DNA of 63,124 bases, counting the filler, from Globobulimina sp. (taxonomy: Eukaryota), in the NCBI GenBank assembly GCA_003354225.1. It is 48 parts of 48 records of this genome, joined end to end, with 100 filler letters (N's around TTAATTAATTAA, not from the genome) between each part and the next. Parts side by side here need not be neighbours in the genome. Positions count along the whole stretch, not along the records: positions 35,578 to 36,794 come from PIVH01020770.1; positions 36,895 to 38,111 come from PIVH01020771.1; positions 38,212 to 39,428 come from PIVH01020772.1; positions 39,529 to 40,745 come from PIVH01020773.1; positions 40,846 to 42,062 come from PIVH01020774.1; positions 42,163 to 43,379 come from PIVH01020775.1; positions 43,480 to 44,696 come from PIVH01020776.1; positions 44,797 to 46,013 come from PIVH01020777.1; 40 more parts are not named here. One strand, given 5' to 3'. Below, piece by piece: positions 36,546-49,635 of the stretch. Below the pieces are notes generated by a model. That model was not told the origin of the DNA. It searched no databases and worked only from the letters and a program-made list of their open reading frames with translations. How positions within the stretch are numbered: position 1 is the first letter of the stretch; each line of letters opens with the position of its first letter. A program made the translations under genes and the position numbers.

Positions 36546-36719
36546 AACAACCACCCATCTACTCTTTCACAACAAGATAGTCCAGTTTCATTATTATAAT
36601 CATATGTTGTACATATATTATTACAATCTAAACATAGTCTTGTAGCAAAATAAATTTCGGGTGGTTTAAAATCGTGCATTGTTTGGTTTTACCACCGTTG
36701 CATATAACAAGCCATTCAA

Positions 36720-36785
36720 GAGGGAAAATTTACAGTTGGCTGTTTTCACTCCGTTCAACATTTTAGCCAACAATAAATTTCCCCT
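36720..36785. repeat. Short inverted repeat (~22-bp arms)
   Basis: AGGGAAAATTTACAGTTGGCT ... AGCCAACAATAAATTTCCCCT. Confidence 0.6.
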
Positions 36786-36894
36786 TAATGGGGCNNNNNN
36801 NNNNNNNNNNNNNNNNNNNNNNNNNNNNNNNNNNNNNNTTAATTAATTAANNNNNNNNNNNNNNNNNNNNNNNNNNNNNNNNNNNNNNNNNNNN

Positions 36895-37463
36895 ATATCA
36901 CAATGTTTGGCACAAGTGCACTTTTTCAAGACCCTCCACTCTCTATAGAAGCATAGATAACCAATGACGACATTGAAGCATATTTGGCAGGAATGGCAAT
37001 ATTGGCCCTGTATAAAGCATATATAATATCCAAACAACTGCAAATCCAGGAAATGGAACTAAAAACACACGTTTTCAAAGCATTCTGTATCTTATTGCTA
37101 TTTTTTGCGATCAATGCAAGTGATTTCTTGTTTTGTGAGCAAAGCAAAAATAAAATGTACTTTCCATATATACACTCAATGTGGCACATTGGCAGCGCCA
37201 TAGGTATTCATCAAATTTGTTTCATTGTTATGTACGCGCAATTGTTTGGACATAATCTGAAGCCACATTTTAAAGATATCAAATATATTGGAATAGCCAT
37301 TGGGATCAATATTGAGCTGGCTACAGATACGGATGATAAAGGTGTAGGTGGTGAGACGATAAAAACTTCAAAGACTGATACATGCATTGGAATAACATGT
37401 GTGGATGAAGCTAAATTAGCAAATGAGAATGGTAGCACACAAATCGAGAATGTGAGTTTATAA
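36895..37463 (+). CDS. Alkaline-ceramidase-like (CREST superfamily) membrane protein, C-terminal part
   Basis: SDFLFC...PYIHSMWHI is the DxxFC...HxxWH Zn-binding pattern. Confidence 0.75.
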
Positions 37464-37799
37464 TGCTTGTTGTGTTTTTTGTGACTGAATTAAAATTCAT
37501 TTTTTGTTTGACTGAATATTATTTTTAATTTTGTGACTGAATTAATATTTATTTTTTGTTGTCTGCATTTTTTATGGGCTCATTTTTTAAACGAAGCGTT
37601 TTCTATTCTAACACGTCATATTCTAAAGTAATGAGTATTGCTTTCTCGCTTATTCGCACTTTTATAAATACAAAAATTCCCAAACACAAAAAATTCTCAC
37701 AATATGATGAGAAACTGTTGCATCCACTTGTGTAGGAAGTCTGCACAGCACACCAGTGCACATATTCATAATTGGTATATACTTTTTGATCTATAAATA

Positions 37800-37963
37800 C
37801 ATGAGAATAAATGCAACTTTTCAATCATGGGGAAACAAAATAACAAAGCATATTGACAACAGAATAATAATATTATTAATTTCATATTGACAACAGAATT
37901 ACTGATATTTCATTATTCATTTGTTAATTTCCCCATGATGGTAAAGTTGCATTTATTGGCCTG
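37800..37963. mobile_element. MITE-like element with ~40-bp TIRs, CAG-type end and TA flanks
   Basis: TA|CATGAGAATAAATGCAACTTT..ATCATGGGGAAA ... TTTCCCCATGAT..AAAGTTGCATTTATTGGCCTG|TA. Confidence 0.6.
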
Positions 37964-38017
37964 TATTTATAAAATATAATATGACATTGCTGAACCAAAA
38001 AGAATTGTGATTAAATT

Positions 38018-38100
38018 GGCTTAGTAGCTCAACGATAGAGCGTATGTCTGCAGCTTTATGCTGTGTCCCTTGGAATGTTTCGACGTTTCACTCACAACCA
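38018..38100 (+). ncRNA. Degenerate tRNA-like element 4
   Basis: TA-GCTC-AACGATA-GAGC D-arm, CTGCAG, then hairpin TGGAATGT-TTCG-ACGTTTCA; the other stems are weak. Confidence 0.35.
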
Positions 38101-38211
38101 AAACCCCGATANNNNNNNNNNNNNNNNNNNNNNNNNNNNNNNNNNNNNNNNNNNNTTAATTAATTAANNNNNNNNNNNNNNNNNNNNNNNNNNNNNNNNN
38201 NNNNNNNNNNN

Positions 38212-39428
38212 GATGGATGATGCATTTAAACAAAAATTCAAAAAAGAAATAATGAAAATAATCAAAGGCATTCCTCCCGCAATAAAGACAAAAACAAAAA
38301 CAAAGACTCGCAGAAAGTCCAAATCCAATGTATCTTTGCATAAACCACCAACATCACAGAAACAACAAACACCGCCGGCTTTAAATGCAGCAAAACAACA
38401 GCTACCGAAACCAAAAAGAATTGAAAAATCTAATTCTTGCGAATCTCGCCCTTCTCATAAAAAGTTACGTTTTTGGAAAACGCGTCTATTTGAAAACTGT
38501 ATACAAAAAAAAATAGATCTCGCTCATCGGCATTGACATTTGGCAAGAAACTAAAATTAAAATCCAAAGCAAAGACACCGACACCGAGCACATCACCAAT
38601 ACCAAAGCCGTCAAAAAAGCAGAAAAATAAGAAAACAACGCCCGGCATTAAACGCAGTGCGACCCACAACAAACTACACTCGAAAACCAGATCAAATATC
38701 GACACATATGACATTGGCAGCATTTCTTCCAATTTATCAAATTTCAAATCACGTAAAAAATCAAATTCATCCAAAGATTTGAGTAAGAAATCAAAACATA
38801 AAACGTCGAGTTCTCTCAGTTTAGTGGATGCAAAAAAGCGTAAACAGCAAAAGGAAGAGAAGAATAAAACACGTGCTGGAAATACTGTGCATACAAATCG
38901 TAGGGTAAGACTCGATGATGGACGCATTGGCATTGTTAAGGTCTGAAAAACTTTTGAGTCAAGTTTTCCTTTTTCAACATGTCAACATGTTATAGTATAA
39001 AGGGCGAACAACATTTGGCAAATCGTCAGAAGATTGGATTGGTATTGTTGTCGAATATGGTAAAGGACAACACAATGGATCAGTTAATGGACGTTCATAT
39101 TTCCGATGTAGAGATGGTAAGGGCATTATGGTGCGGCCTGATCGGATTATTGAGGATTTAGGAAATCCAATGACCAAACAAATGGATGATGCGATGAAAA
39201 AAGGGAGTGAGGCAATTCAAGTGTTGTTGAAACAAATAGCAAAGGAAAGACAAGAGGAATCGCGAAAGAAGAAACGCGAAGCAATGGAAGCAGCGGCATC
39301 TAAGGAAAGGAGTAATTATGGCGGTAATATCGGATGGAAACCGGGTACTTTTGATGATTATAAACCCGATGATTCGACGGGAATGTTTAAACAGAAATTG
39401 ATGCATAGCAAAACATTGTTAGATAAGA
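38212..39428 (+). CDS. CAP-Gly domain protein with a Lys/Ser-rich N-terminal region (partial); intron 38941-38995
   Basis: RVRLDDGRIGIVK|YKGRTTFG...WIGIVV...GKGQHNGSVNGRSYFRC...GIMVRP. Confidence 0.9.
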
Positions 39429-39528
39429 NNNNNNNNNNNNNNNNNNNNNNNNNNNNNNNNNNNNNNNNNNNNTTAATTAATTAANNNNNNNNNNNNNNNN
39501 NNNNNNNNNNNNNNNNNNNNNNNNNNNN

Positions 39529-40745
39529 ATTCTTATTCGTGATGTTGCGCTCTTTCTGCCGCTCTTCCGCGATATCCGCATCCCGCAATATCTCAAATAA
39601 AATGCGCCATTCCCGCAACACCGGCAACTGCTTACTCATTGACTGCACGATGTAGTCCGATACCTGCACATAATTACGATACAACGCGTTCTCTTTCAAC
39701 ACCACCTTCGTTTTATCATCACCATCCTCCGCCTCGTCCTCTTCATTAATTCTCTGTTTCTCTGCATTTAACAGCGCATTTACGCGCAAATTCAAATCCA
39801 CCACGCGGTCCTTCATCAACTGTATAATCTCCACGATGTCATCCTTCATCTTCTGCACATCCTTGATCCGCAAACGAGTGTTTTCCGTATCTTCCCGCTT
39901 CTCCTCCTCGCGATTGCCGTCCTCCTCCAACGCCATACTCTGCGATTCGTGCGCTTTCAGCACCGCCTGATCGTCGAACGTGTCGTGGAAAATAAACGAG
40001 GCGCTCACCTGCCGGATCTCGTCGCTTTCATCGAATATGTAGTTCAGTATACAATCGCCGTCATTGGCGCCCAGCATATCGCCGCGTAGCAATATGTTGA
40101 TAAACTCAATGCAGTGCTTCACCACAGCCGCATTCTTGTCCTTTAACAGTCCGTTGACAGTCTCACGGATATCGTCCCAGAAAGGCTCCAAAACGCTGCG
40201 GCGAGTCTCATCCAACTGGTTGGCCGAGGACTCCTCGATGATGTTCTCGCGCTTTTTGTTTTTCTTTGGCTTGCGAGTATACCTCGCTTTGCCGTGAAAC
40301 TTGTGCTGATAATCAAATAACTCCATCAGTTGGCAGAGCGCAGTGATGCGCACTTTGTGCGATTTGTCCTGCAATCCATAGAACAGATATTGCCAATACT
40401 TGTCGCGGAGTAAAGAGTCGGTGCTGGGATCGATGTTGATCCATTTCACAATGTGCCGCAACACCATACAGCGGATAGTTTCGTTGCAATCGGACGCTTT
40501 GTACGCGGCGATCTTCTCAAACATGTCGTCTCTATGAAGCTCCAAATCGGCGATTTTGGTCTTGTATTCCTCGATGTTTTCGCGCAAATGCTTCATCTTC
40601 GCAGTGTCGGTCGGCCTTTTCTTGAGTTTGCGCGGCGAGCCGCGTTTGCAAGATTTGTTTTTGTTTTTTTGGATTATAACCTCGCGATCCAAGCTATCGC
40701 GCAGCTTTTCCATCGGTTTCCGGTTTTTGGCGATGCAACGGATGA
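39529..40745 (-). CDS. Cohesin subunit Scc3/STAG-like (stromalin conserved domain), partial
   Basis: IRCMVLRHIVKWI...LRDKYWQYLFYGLQDKSHKVRITAL...LKDKNAAVV parallels the STAG SCD/HEAT region. Confidence 0.7.
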
Positions 40746-40981
40746 NNNNNNNNNNNNNNNNNNNNNNNNNNNNNNNNNNNNNNNNNNNNTTAATTAATTA
40801 ANNNNNNNNNNNNNNNNNNNNNNNNNNNNNNNNNNNNNNNNNNNNCTTGTAAGAATGAAAAAGAAAAAATTAAAAAGAATTTAAACAGACAATCAATTAG
40901 ATATAGATATGAAGTATTATCAATGCAAGAATAAATAAGAAATAAGAAAGAGTTTTTTGTTATTATATTATATATTATGTA

Positions 40982-42000
40982 TTATTGTGTGCCAAAGCCC
41001 ATATAATACTTTGTGGTGCCATAGATCCACCATTGTAAGCCCGTCAAGGTGCCGATCATAATGATTCTTGTACCTAAACCTTTTGTGAACAAATTTAGTG
41101 TACCCATTTCTTTTGCCATTTGTCCCCATGGTTTGGTTTTATTTTCTGGAATTCCTTTCATTGAAACTAAATTATCCATTGGTTGCGTCGCAATGGCACA
41201 GAAAATTCCGGCCCAATAACCGCATGCAAATGTGATGCCTAATTTGGTGGTGGAAGCTAAATCTTTTTTGCCATAACCGTAACGTTTCTCAATTGTATCA
41301 TAGACTGCATCTGCAGTTAAATAAAAACCAACGAATTTAATCATTGTATAAGGAATTTGTCTGCCCCATAAAGGCACTAATGAGCCAAAAGGAAATCGGG
41401 TTTCTGCCGAACGAGCCGCCATCTCCCTCATTCCTGGCAACATTTTAGCCGATATAGCTCCCTCTTGACCTGGTAATGTCACCTGCATTTTGACTTTGCT
41501 GTATATTAATATATATTTCAGGAAATTTCTTATTTATTTAATTATAAGCCATGGCTACTTAACGTCATTTCAAATGGACACAAAGCAACATCAGCAAATA
41601 TTTCGGCAGAGCCAGACGCAGCGGCCCATAATGCCATTTTCCGTGCCTTTGATTGATTGACCCAATCCTCGCCAAGTGCGTGCGAATATATATCCTTAAA
41701 AAATTCATTTAATCCAAATTTAAATAAGCCCTGACAACCATAACCAAAAAACGTTGGCACCCAACCAACTCTCATCCCTCTCATGCCTTCGGTTGCCGCT
41801 ATTTTACGGATTCCTGGTATTAAACCACTTGGCCATCGACCTGCTTTTGAATGTGCCTGGGCTCGACATTTAGCAACATCTAATGTAACAACTGATGCGT
41901 GCGTAAAACCGCATGCCATAATACCGCCCCACATGCATTTTGCATAAAAGGAAAACGACCGCAATCCAAATGCACCACGTTCCATTTCTTTTGCGCTCAT
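40982..42000 (-). CDS. SLC25A3: Mitochondrial phosphate carrier, complete; intron 41499-41563
   Basis: CGFTH..V..LDVAKC, GWVPTFFGY..QGLFKFG, AEIFADVALCPFE, LVPLWGRQIPYTMIKF, RIIMIGTLTGLQWWIY. Confidence 0.95.
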
Positions 42001-42162
42001 TATGAATTACTTAGGGGCTCTGGCGGGAGGATGAAAAAATTGTTGATTTGAGAAAAAAAACGNNNNNNNNNNNNNNNNNNNNNNNNNNNNNNNNNNNNNN
42101 NNNNNNTTAATTAATTAANNNNNNNNNNNNNNNNNNNNNNNNNNNNNNNNNNNNNNNNNNNN

Positions 42163-43165
42163 TAAACAAAAAAAAGGCAACAAACGCAAACTATGATGGA
42201 TTACAATGCACGAAATGCCTTCAATCCAATCGAATGTCGTATTAAATCGACATTGTATGACACCTTCGTACACGACACCATCGTTAAAAAATAGACCGAT
42301 GAAGAATTTAATATTATGACTGATGGTCCAGGGATAATAAACAAATGCATATAACATCCAAATATAAATATGTTGATATTCGTGGAACCATTTTCTGTGT
42401 GTTTTTAGGTGTATTTCTGTATAATTTTATATATTTATATATATATTACCTCTCATAGGCTGTCAATACGCGCTTAACCGGATACATAGTGTCGTCATCG
42501 ATGGGCGTGATATTTGTATCGATATGATGCGCGATCACATGCTTAGCCGTCCATTGTTGCGGTGTGTCACCCAATAAACTCATATTTAACCAATATACAA
42601 ATCTATTTAAGCCCGCATAGCGTGAAAAGGACCAATGTGAGGCACTGTGGGTGGAACGGATAACCATTAAAGATTTACTGATGCCGAATATTATGGCACA
42701 TAACGCAGAAACGAATGGTATTGGCACCACGACGCACAACGAATAATAGGCACAAACTGCGAAAACTGATAAATTAAAAAGCCACCAAAATATCTCGACC
42801 ATACCGCCTTTTGTGTGCATGTTGTTGGCTTCAAAATATTGTAAAGCACCTTTTTTAACGACATCGTAAAATTCATTGTCGGCGTATGTGAATGTATAAG
42901 CGTCTAAATCTAATTTTCCTTGCTTTTCTGTGGGGGATCCTCGCACTTTATATTTTTGTATCAAATCTGGAGATGGTAATCGGGTGTGATAACTTTTAAA
43001 TAATGCGGTACAATCCCGGCCACGGCCTAATATAATGGCTTGTTCGCCGCCTGGATGCCGCGACATGAAGTCGCTGAAATCATATGCTGAGCCATATAAA
43101 TACCACCATTTCGGATTTAAGTCAGTTAATCGTTCAGACGCTTGATTTAATGGTTCCGTCGACAT
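42163..43165 (-). CDS. Cytochrome-b5-fused front-end fatty acid desaturase (3'-partial); intron 42395-42449
   Basis: HPGG haem motif; His boxes HSASH and HVIAHH; spliced RKWFHEYQHIY. Confidence 0.9.
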
Positions 43166-43479
43166 TACGTAAATGAACAAAGGACTACCTACACTAAAAA
43201 AAACGATACCTTTTCAAATATTATTAAATTCAATAAAAAACTAGTTATTTAAACAAAAACAAACAAAAACAACACTGTTTCTCTTTAGACAAACAAATGT
43301 TTTTATAATTATATTTACGAAATGCGGAAACGAAAAGAGGTTTTCTTAATAAAACTCGAAGTTTCTCGCATTTTTTAGTNNNNNNNNNNNNNNNNNNNNN
43401 NNNNNNNNNNNNNNNNNNNNNNNTTAATTAATTAANNNNNNNNNNNNNNNNNNNNNNNNNNNNNNNNNNNNNNNNNNNN

Positions 43480-44696
43480 TGAAGATGGCAAACATAATAA
43501 AAAATATGGCGCACCGAATGTGGATATTAGAGAAAAAAATATTGATAAGTATTTTAAAAAAAAAAAGAAATCAAAGCGTTCACCTTTAAATGGTGGAAAT
43601 TTGGAATTAATTCGGTCGCACAATGTTATTAAAGAAGGATTACATTCATTTGATTGTGATAAAAGACACAATCCACAACATTTGCGTTATAAAATTAGAT
43701 TATGGTCATTCAAATCAACATCAATTCAATGTAATGGATTAGTTGCGATGGTACATATTATTCCTGGATTAATATCAAAAATGTCAAGAATGTGTTTAAA
43801 TGGATGCGACAGAAGCTGGCTGGTTAAATGTTTGCGTACAGCCATTGGTATCAATGAAAATAAAGCGATCTATATATATTTATTGAAAATAGCAAATGAT
43901 TCATTATTTAAAACAAATTATAAACAGGATATGTCCACTGATAAATGGAAAGAGTTATTATCGTTTATTTTTGATTTAAAAGATATACAAAAACATAATG
44001 ATGTATGGCGAGCAGCATTTAATCAAACTGCGGAATTAGACACGTTTGATTTGCAGGATTTATCTCAATATCAAAATTTATTACAGATATTGAATGAAAA
44101 TAATATTATATTTGATATGGATTTGCTTAAGAAAACAAATCAAAATATTAATAATTATATTTATGATGATAATTACAAAAAATTAGCAAAATCATTGACA
44201 AAAATTGTAGAAACAGATGATATCAGCAAAGAAACGTTTTTATTATCGGACTTTAATGATAAAATGCATCTTATTCATATAACATTGTTTAATGACAGAA
44301 TTTCGTATGGATATTACACAGAATTTATGTGTGATAAAACTATTAAAAAGGAACGGGCGCCGGAGGCAATGATTATATCTCAATTAGTTTTAGCGGGAAT
44401 GGCATTTAGTATGGGTTTCAGCGTTGAAAAACAAAAAATCCATCAAATTATGAATGATATTCAAGGTTTATGCAAAGCAATGGAAGTTGGCAGTGATGAA
44501 TATTTAAAAATCATCTGTTTTTACTTGAACAATAATGAAGAGAATCGATTAATATATACACATAATATAAACGATATAAGTGATGTTAAATTATTATTAA
44601 ACAATGAGAGAAATATTAATTATTTGAATGATATTGCAAGAACATTAATTAATGGTAAATTAACAAATTTATTTAATGCAACAATCAGTAATGCAT
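43480..44696 (+). CDS. Hypothetical protein (partial at both ends)
   Basis: Open frame across the contig; no motif recognised. Confidence 0.55.
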
Positions 44697-44796
44697 NNNN
44701 NNNNNNNNNNNNNNNNNNNNNNNNNNNNNNNNNNNNNNNNTTAATTAATTAANNNNNNNNNNNNNNNNNNNNNNNNNNNNNNNNNNNNNNNNNNNN

Positions 44797-45564
44797 TTGA
44801 TTGATATTAAAATCCATGATCTGCACAGAATCATTATTATTATTGCAAGAAACCGCTAACCAGTAAAAAACAGATAAATCAATATTTACAAATGAATGGA
44901 CGGATTCCTGGTTTTGATAAAATGTTAATGTTTTATTGCTTATATTTAAATGTATTTCAATTATATCATTTCCCTCAAATTTACTTTTCTGATATTGCAC
45001 ACATTGCTTGTTATGAGAAATAAATCCTTTATTTGTTGTATTTTCTGTATTCCACGCATAGTATTTTTGATTTGGTTTCATCCAAAAGCAGTCATCGACT
45101 TTTCCGGTCATTGACGATAATCCGATGACTGCAGCATTCTGCATTTTAATTATTTTCAATCTCCACTCATAAATGCCATTGGAATATCTTGTCGAATCAA
45201 CCATTATCGAACCATACATTGTCTTCCATCTTTCACTTTGAATTGTGAATATATCATAAATTTTATCCGCTGCGCTTGATGATAACACAACAAATTTATT
45301 ATAATATTTCGCATTCCATTTATCAAACTGAACCAAATAATACGTAAAACAGACATAATATATTATGTTTGGTATAAAATCATAAATCTTCACGTTGGTA
45401 AATGTTTGATTAATATATGCATACACAAGTTTCTTTTGTGTATCATAATGATCATACGCATGGTTTTTGTTTGGGTTTGCTTCCATCTCACTGTCACTCT
45501 GACTGCGTGCGAAAAGAGCATTGTACTGAATGTAATCCGTTTCGTTTGAAGGTGTGTTGCCCAT
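44797..45564 (-). CDS. SPRY-domain protein with a putative N-myristoylation start (MGNTPS)
   Basis: LVYAYI..FIPNIIYYVCFTYY N-motif; IYEWRLKI, VIGL, YYAW, NDIIEIHLN, YWLAVS. Confidence 0.8.
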
Positions 45565-45648
45565 TAACAGATTGGAAATTCAAAGAAGCGGATTAGCGGA
45601 ATCTGGACTTTGCCAAGTTTTCTTCGTCAGCAAGACGTGAACAGCAAT

Positions 45649-46013
45649 ATGTCTTTGTTTCTTTTATCCTCTCTATGGATAGTGAACACATTCGCTGATG
45701 ATCCAGACATATTGAAAGCAATGAGCACTACCGCAGTGTTGTCATCAGCTCATCAGTTATCAGTCTCGATAAAAATAACCGAAGCGCATGATGCAATTGA
45801 TATTTATTTATGTGGCCCATCAGATGTATATTATGCAATTGGATTTGGGTCGGCTCAGATGGCAGATACACGCGCCGTCATCGTGACTGGTGATGGTGAG
45901 GCTGGATGGTTTGAGCAAACGTTAGCAAATCATGAATCAGGTAGCCAACCTCCAATAAAATCATTTGAAATGTTGGAAAGCAAATTCACTGCGCAATCAT
46001 TTTTAAGACGTAT
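45649..46013 (+). CDS. Secreted DOMON-like domain protein (3'-partial)
   Basis: Signal peptide; GPSDVYYAIGFGSAQMADTRAVIV matches the DOMON W/Y-x-x-GF...M..AD pattern. Confidence 0.7.
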
Positions 46014-46113
46014 NNNNNNNNNNNNNNNNNNNNNNNNNNNNNNNNNNNNNNNNNNNNTTAATTAATTAANNNNNNNNNNNNNNNNNNNNNNNNNNNNNNN
46101 NNNNNNNNNNNNN

Positions 46114-47308
46114 GTACTCTGAACATTGAGTGATGTTTCTTCCACAGAAAAAGAAGAAAACGAAAAGACATTCATGTCCATATTACTTGGTGTGCCGGGA
46201 CCAGAACTCAGAGCAATTGTATCTGCATTCGGCGAATCAACTCCCTGATAAAACGCGGTACTGCTACCACTATTTCCCATTAATAACAATTGTTTTTGTA
46301 TTGCAATATTTAATTTTCTTTGTGCGTGGTATAATTTCCATGCATTGAATAAAGAAACACCATGCGGAGCATCAGTAAAACCAAAATAGAACAAAATAAG
46401 ACATAAAAAGGCATTATATATTGTTGAAAATGTTCCATATACCAAGGGAATGCCTAATATTTGATTTCTTATTCCAATGTCATCGAATGTCAATGTAATG
46501 ATAGCTATGGCTAATATTTGATTTTGCATTCCCACCTCCACGCCAACAGCAATGCAACTCGGTGCTTTTAAACAAAGCAATTTTGCACAAATAATTCCAG
46601 TAAAAGAGCCTATCATTGTCGGCAAAAATATTACCAAATATACAATAGGCTCATATTCCCACAGTGGAGTATTTGATGTACCGTTGGCTACAAAACTGCC
46701 AATAATAAGACACAACATTGAGATTCTGGCAATCCGTTCCAATTTGAATGAATATATTCCATTTTTAAATGTTGATAAATATAAACCACAAATCGTACCT
46801 AAGATAACCACTGCGATCGATAGAGCTAAGCCCCCAATGTCATATTTTAAATCAGCAATTTCCGTATATAACTTTTGTAAATAAATAAACAGATTAAATG
46901 GAACAAATGCCAATGCTAATAATGATGAAAAAGTGGCTAAAATATGAATAGTTGTTTGTAATATGTATTTTCGACGAAAAGATAGTTTTTAACTCAACTC
47001 ATTGCAATTGATAATGTTATATCTTCCATAAACATATAGCACACAATATTTGATAGAGCACCTCCTGGACAGCAACCTATTAATATTATACCAACACTTA
47101 AATGTCCTCCAATTGAAAACATGTGGGTTAGAATGTAACAGGCAAATGGCATAAATGTAAATTGTAAAATAGCACCAATGATTATTCCTTTTGGTTTTTT
47201 TAATTTCAGAAAAAACTCATCCAATTCCAATGATGCTCCCAGTCCGAGCATTACTAAAAAGAATAAAACCAATGAGGTAATAGACCACCAATTCCAGACT
47301 ACAGTCAT
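46114..47308 (-). CDS. SLC10/BASS sodium:bile-acid symporter family; intron 46937-46998
   Basis: MLGLG, QFTFMP, CCPGGALSN, LSIAM|TTFSSLLAL, EVGMQN, PLVYG. Confidence 0.92.
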
Positions 47309-48747
47309 TGTAGAATTGTTAATTAAAAACNNNNNNNNNNNNNNNNNNNNNNNNNNNNNNNNNNNNNNNNNNNNTTAATTAATTAANNNNNNNNNNNNNN
47401 NNNNNNNNNNNNNNNNNNNNNNNNNNNNNNTTGATATTTCTCGCAATATCGCTCAATTGATTCAATGTCAAATGAGTCTGTTGATTCTATCCACTGCTGG
47501 CCACACAATTGAATTTATATGGGTGTTTAACAGTTTTAGCACTGATTTTATGACAATTTGCATCTGCGGTGTTGCAACTTAGGTGCATTTATTTGGCTCA
47601 CAGCTCTGATAACAGAAATTATCAAACACATATTTTTGGTGATGCTTTACCACTTTCAATGCGTCCTCGTCGAATTCGCGAAATTGATATTCTTGTAACA
47701 TTTTGTATAGCGTATTGGACAGATAGTTCTGTATAAAAATATACGGAGAGTTTTAACTGCTTTCGTCGAATCATTATTATAGATGCTTTCAAGGCGTTTT
47801 GTTTGTTCTGCTGATAATTTCCAGCCGTTTCTTGTTGCAATGAACAGCAACAATTTGTGATTTTTATTCTGTTTAAATTGATAAATTATGATTAAAATAA
47901 TTATTATTCCTAGATATAATACCATTATTGAATGGTTGGCTGCAGGGTGACACTCACTCAGAAGAGTCAGACATGTATTTGTAGACTAGTCAACCTGTTC
48001 AGTAAGCAGCGAGTTTACGGAGTAACAGTTAAATAAAATCAACAAAAACAAAAACATAAAGAACATTTCACTAAATATGTGTCCATTTCTAGTTTCATTT
48101 GTTGTAGTAATATTTAATAGTGATTGCGACTGCTAGCATTCAAATATGATCCATTTATCGCGTTTAATAAATTGCAAACAATCGACGCATAATTTTAATG
48201 AATCACCGAGGTATATTTGGTAATTACACTGACACCGATCTCACCAATAAGTACATTGTAATTTACTCAAATAAATGGAGTAACCAGAATCAATAAATAG
48301 AATACCAGCCATTGCAATGAGATTAATATCCATACAATTAAATATTATTCATTGTCCGCCACATATTACACATTTTGTATTTGAAAGAAAAAACAAATTT
48401 ATATAACCACCAATATTTAATGCATCGGATGATATCGAATATGTCATCACATGATGGATGCAACCAAATAATTTCATTCTCTGTTGCTTGCAATGTAGTA
48501 TCAATTTTACAGCTTGAAACATCAAATGATTCTAAATTGATTGTTGCGCCATAATTCATTGTTTGTGTCCAATTACCAGTGCCATAATCCATAATAATGC
48601 AATATTATTGGTTGAAATCATAATGCCATAATCCTAATACCCTAATCNNNNNNNNNNNNNNNNNNNNNNNNNNNNNNNNNNNNNNNNNNNNTTAATTAAT
48701 TAANNNNNNNNNNNNNNNNNNNNNNNNNNNNNNNNNNNNNNNNNNNN

Positions 48748-49635
48748 GCGAGTGGATGGGTGGATGAATTGACTACGTATTTTAATAATTTTATTGATTA
48801 TTGTGGCGGGACAATGTTCATCACCGATGGAACATATACCGGATATTCGTGCGCCTCGACGCAGCATCAATACCATGACAATTTGCAGGACAGTGTGTTT
48901 CGGGAAAACTATATCCAAAATGAGTGGTATTTATATTACAGAAATAAAGGGATTTATATCCATAGTCCGCAGAATTACTATTATTTTGGTATAAATAAAG
49001 CTAAATATCCGTACAATGAGCATACGAGTACATTGCCGCGATGGTGGGACTTGACCATTTATAGACAATTGATGTACGACAATAGTTACAGGATTCCAGT
49101 GACCGCCGGATGGATGTTTCTAGCAATGACGCCATATCATAATGGCTCACAAGATGCTGTTTTTCAGCCTGTCAGTCAGCATGTTTCTGATTATAATTTT
49201 GCATTGGCACAATATTTTAGTTATGCTGTGGCCGCAACCATTCGTGGCACGGAGTTATACGACAATAATGTTACGAGGGATATTGTGAGGAATTGGGTTA
49301 ATTATTATAAGAAATATCGATCCATTTTAATTTCTGATATTATACATATTGTGCGACCAAATAATTTAAATATTGATGCAATATTGCATGTAAATCATAT
49401 GTTGGATTATTGTGGAATGTTAATTATTTTTAATCCATTGAATAGAACTTTATTTAATCAAACATTGGATATAAATCTATATTACACCGGAGCCAAAAAT
49501 GCAGTATTCATGAAACACGAAGAGGGCAATTATACAAAAATAGATTTGTATGATGAATATTATTATACACTCACTTATGATGTAACGCAAAGAAATGTAA
49601 CCTATTTCGTGTTTAATTGTTTTAATTTCTTGTAA
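48748..49635 (+). CDS. Glycoside hydrolase (alpha-galactosidase-like, clan GH-D-related), C-terminal part
   Basis: GWMF..TPYH, RGTELYD, WVNYYKKYRSILISDIIH..RP, DAILHVN and FNP resemble a family found in Bacteroidota and marine eukaryotes. Confidence 0.55.
   Translation, partial: ASGWVDELTTYFNNFIDYCGGTMFITDGTYTGYSCASTQHQYHDNLQDSVFRENYIQNEWYLYYRNKGIYIHSPQNYYYFGINKAKYPYNEHTSTLPRWWDLTIYRQLMYDNSYRIPVTAGWMFLAMTPYHNGSQDAVFQPVSQHVSDYNFALAQYFSYAVAATIRGTELYDNNVTRDIVRNWVNYYKKYRSILISDIIHIVRPNNLNIDAILHVNHMLDYCGMLIIFNPLNRTLFNQTLDINLYYTGAKNAVFMKHEEGNYTKIDLYDEYYYTLTYDVTQRNVTYFVFNCFNFL

Noticed and set aside
9227-42000. Alternative genetic code to explain split ORFs
   Set aside because: In HIBCH, CAPZA, the phosphate carrier and others the breaks resolve with canonical GT-AG introns under the standard code.
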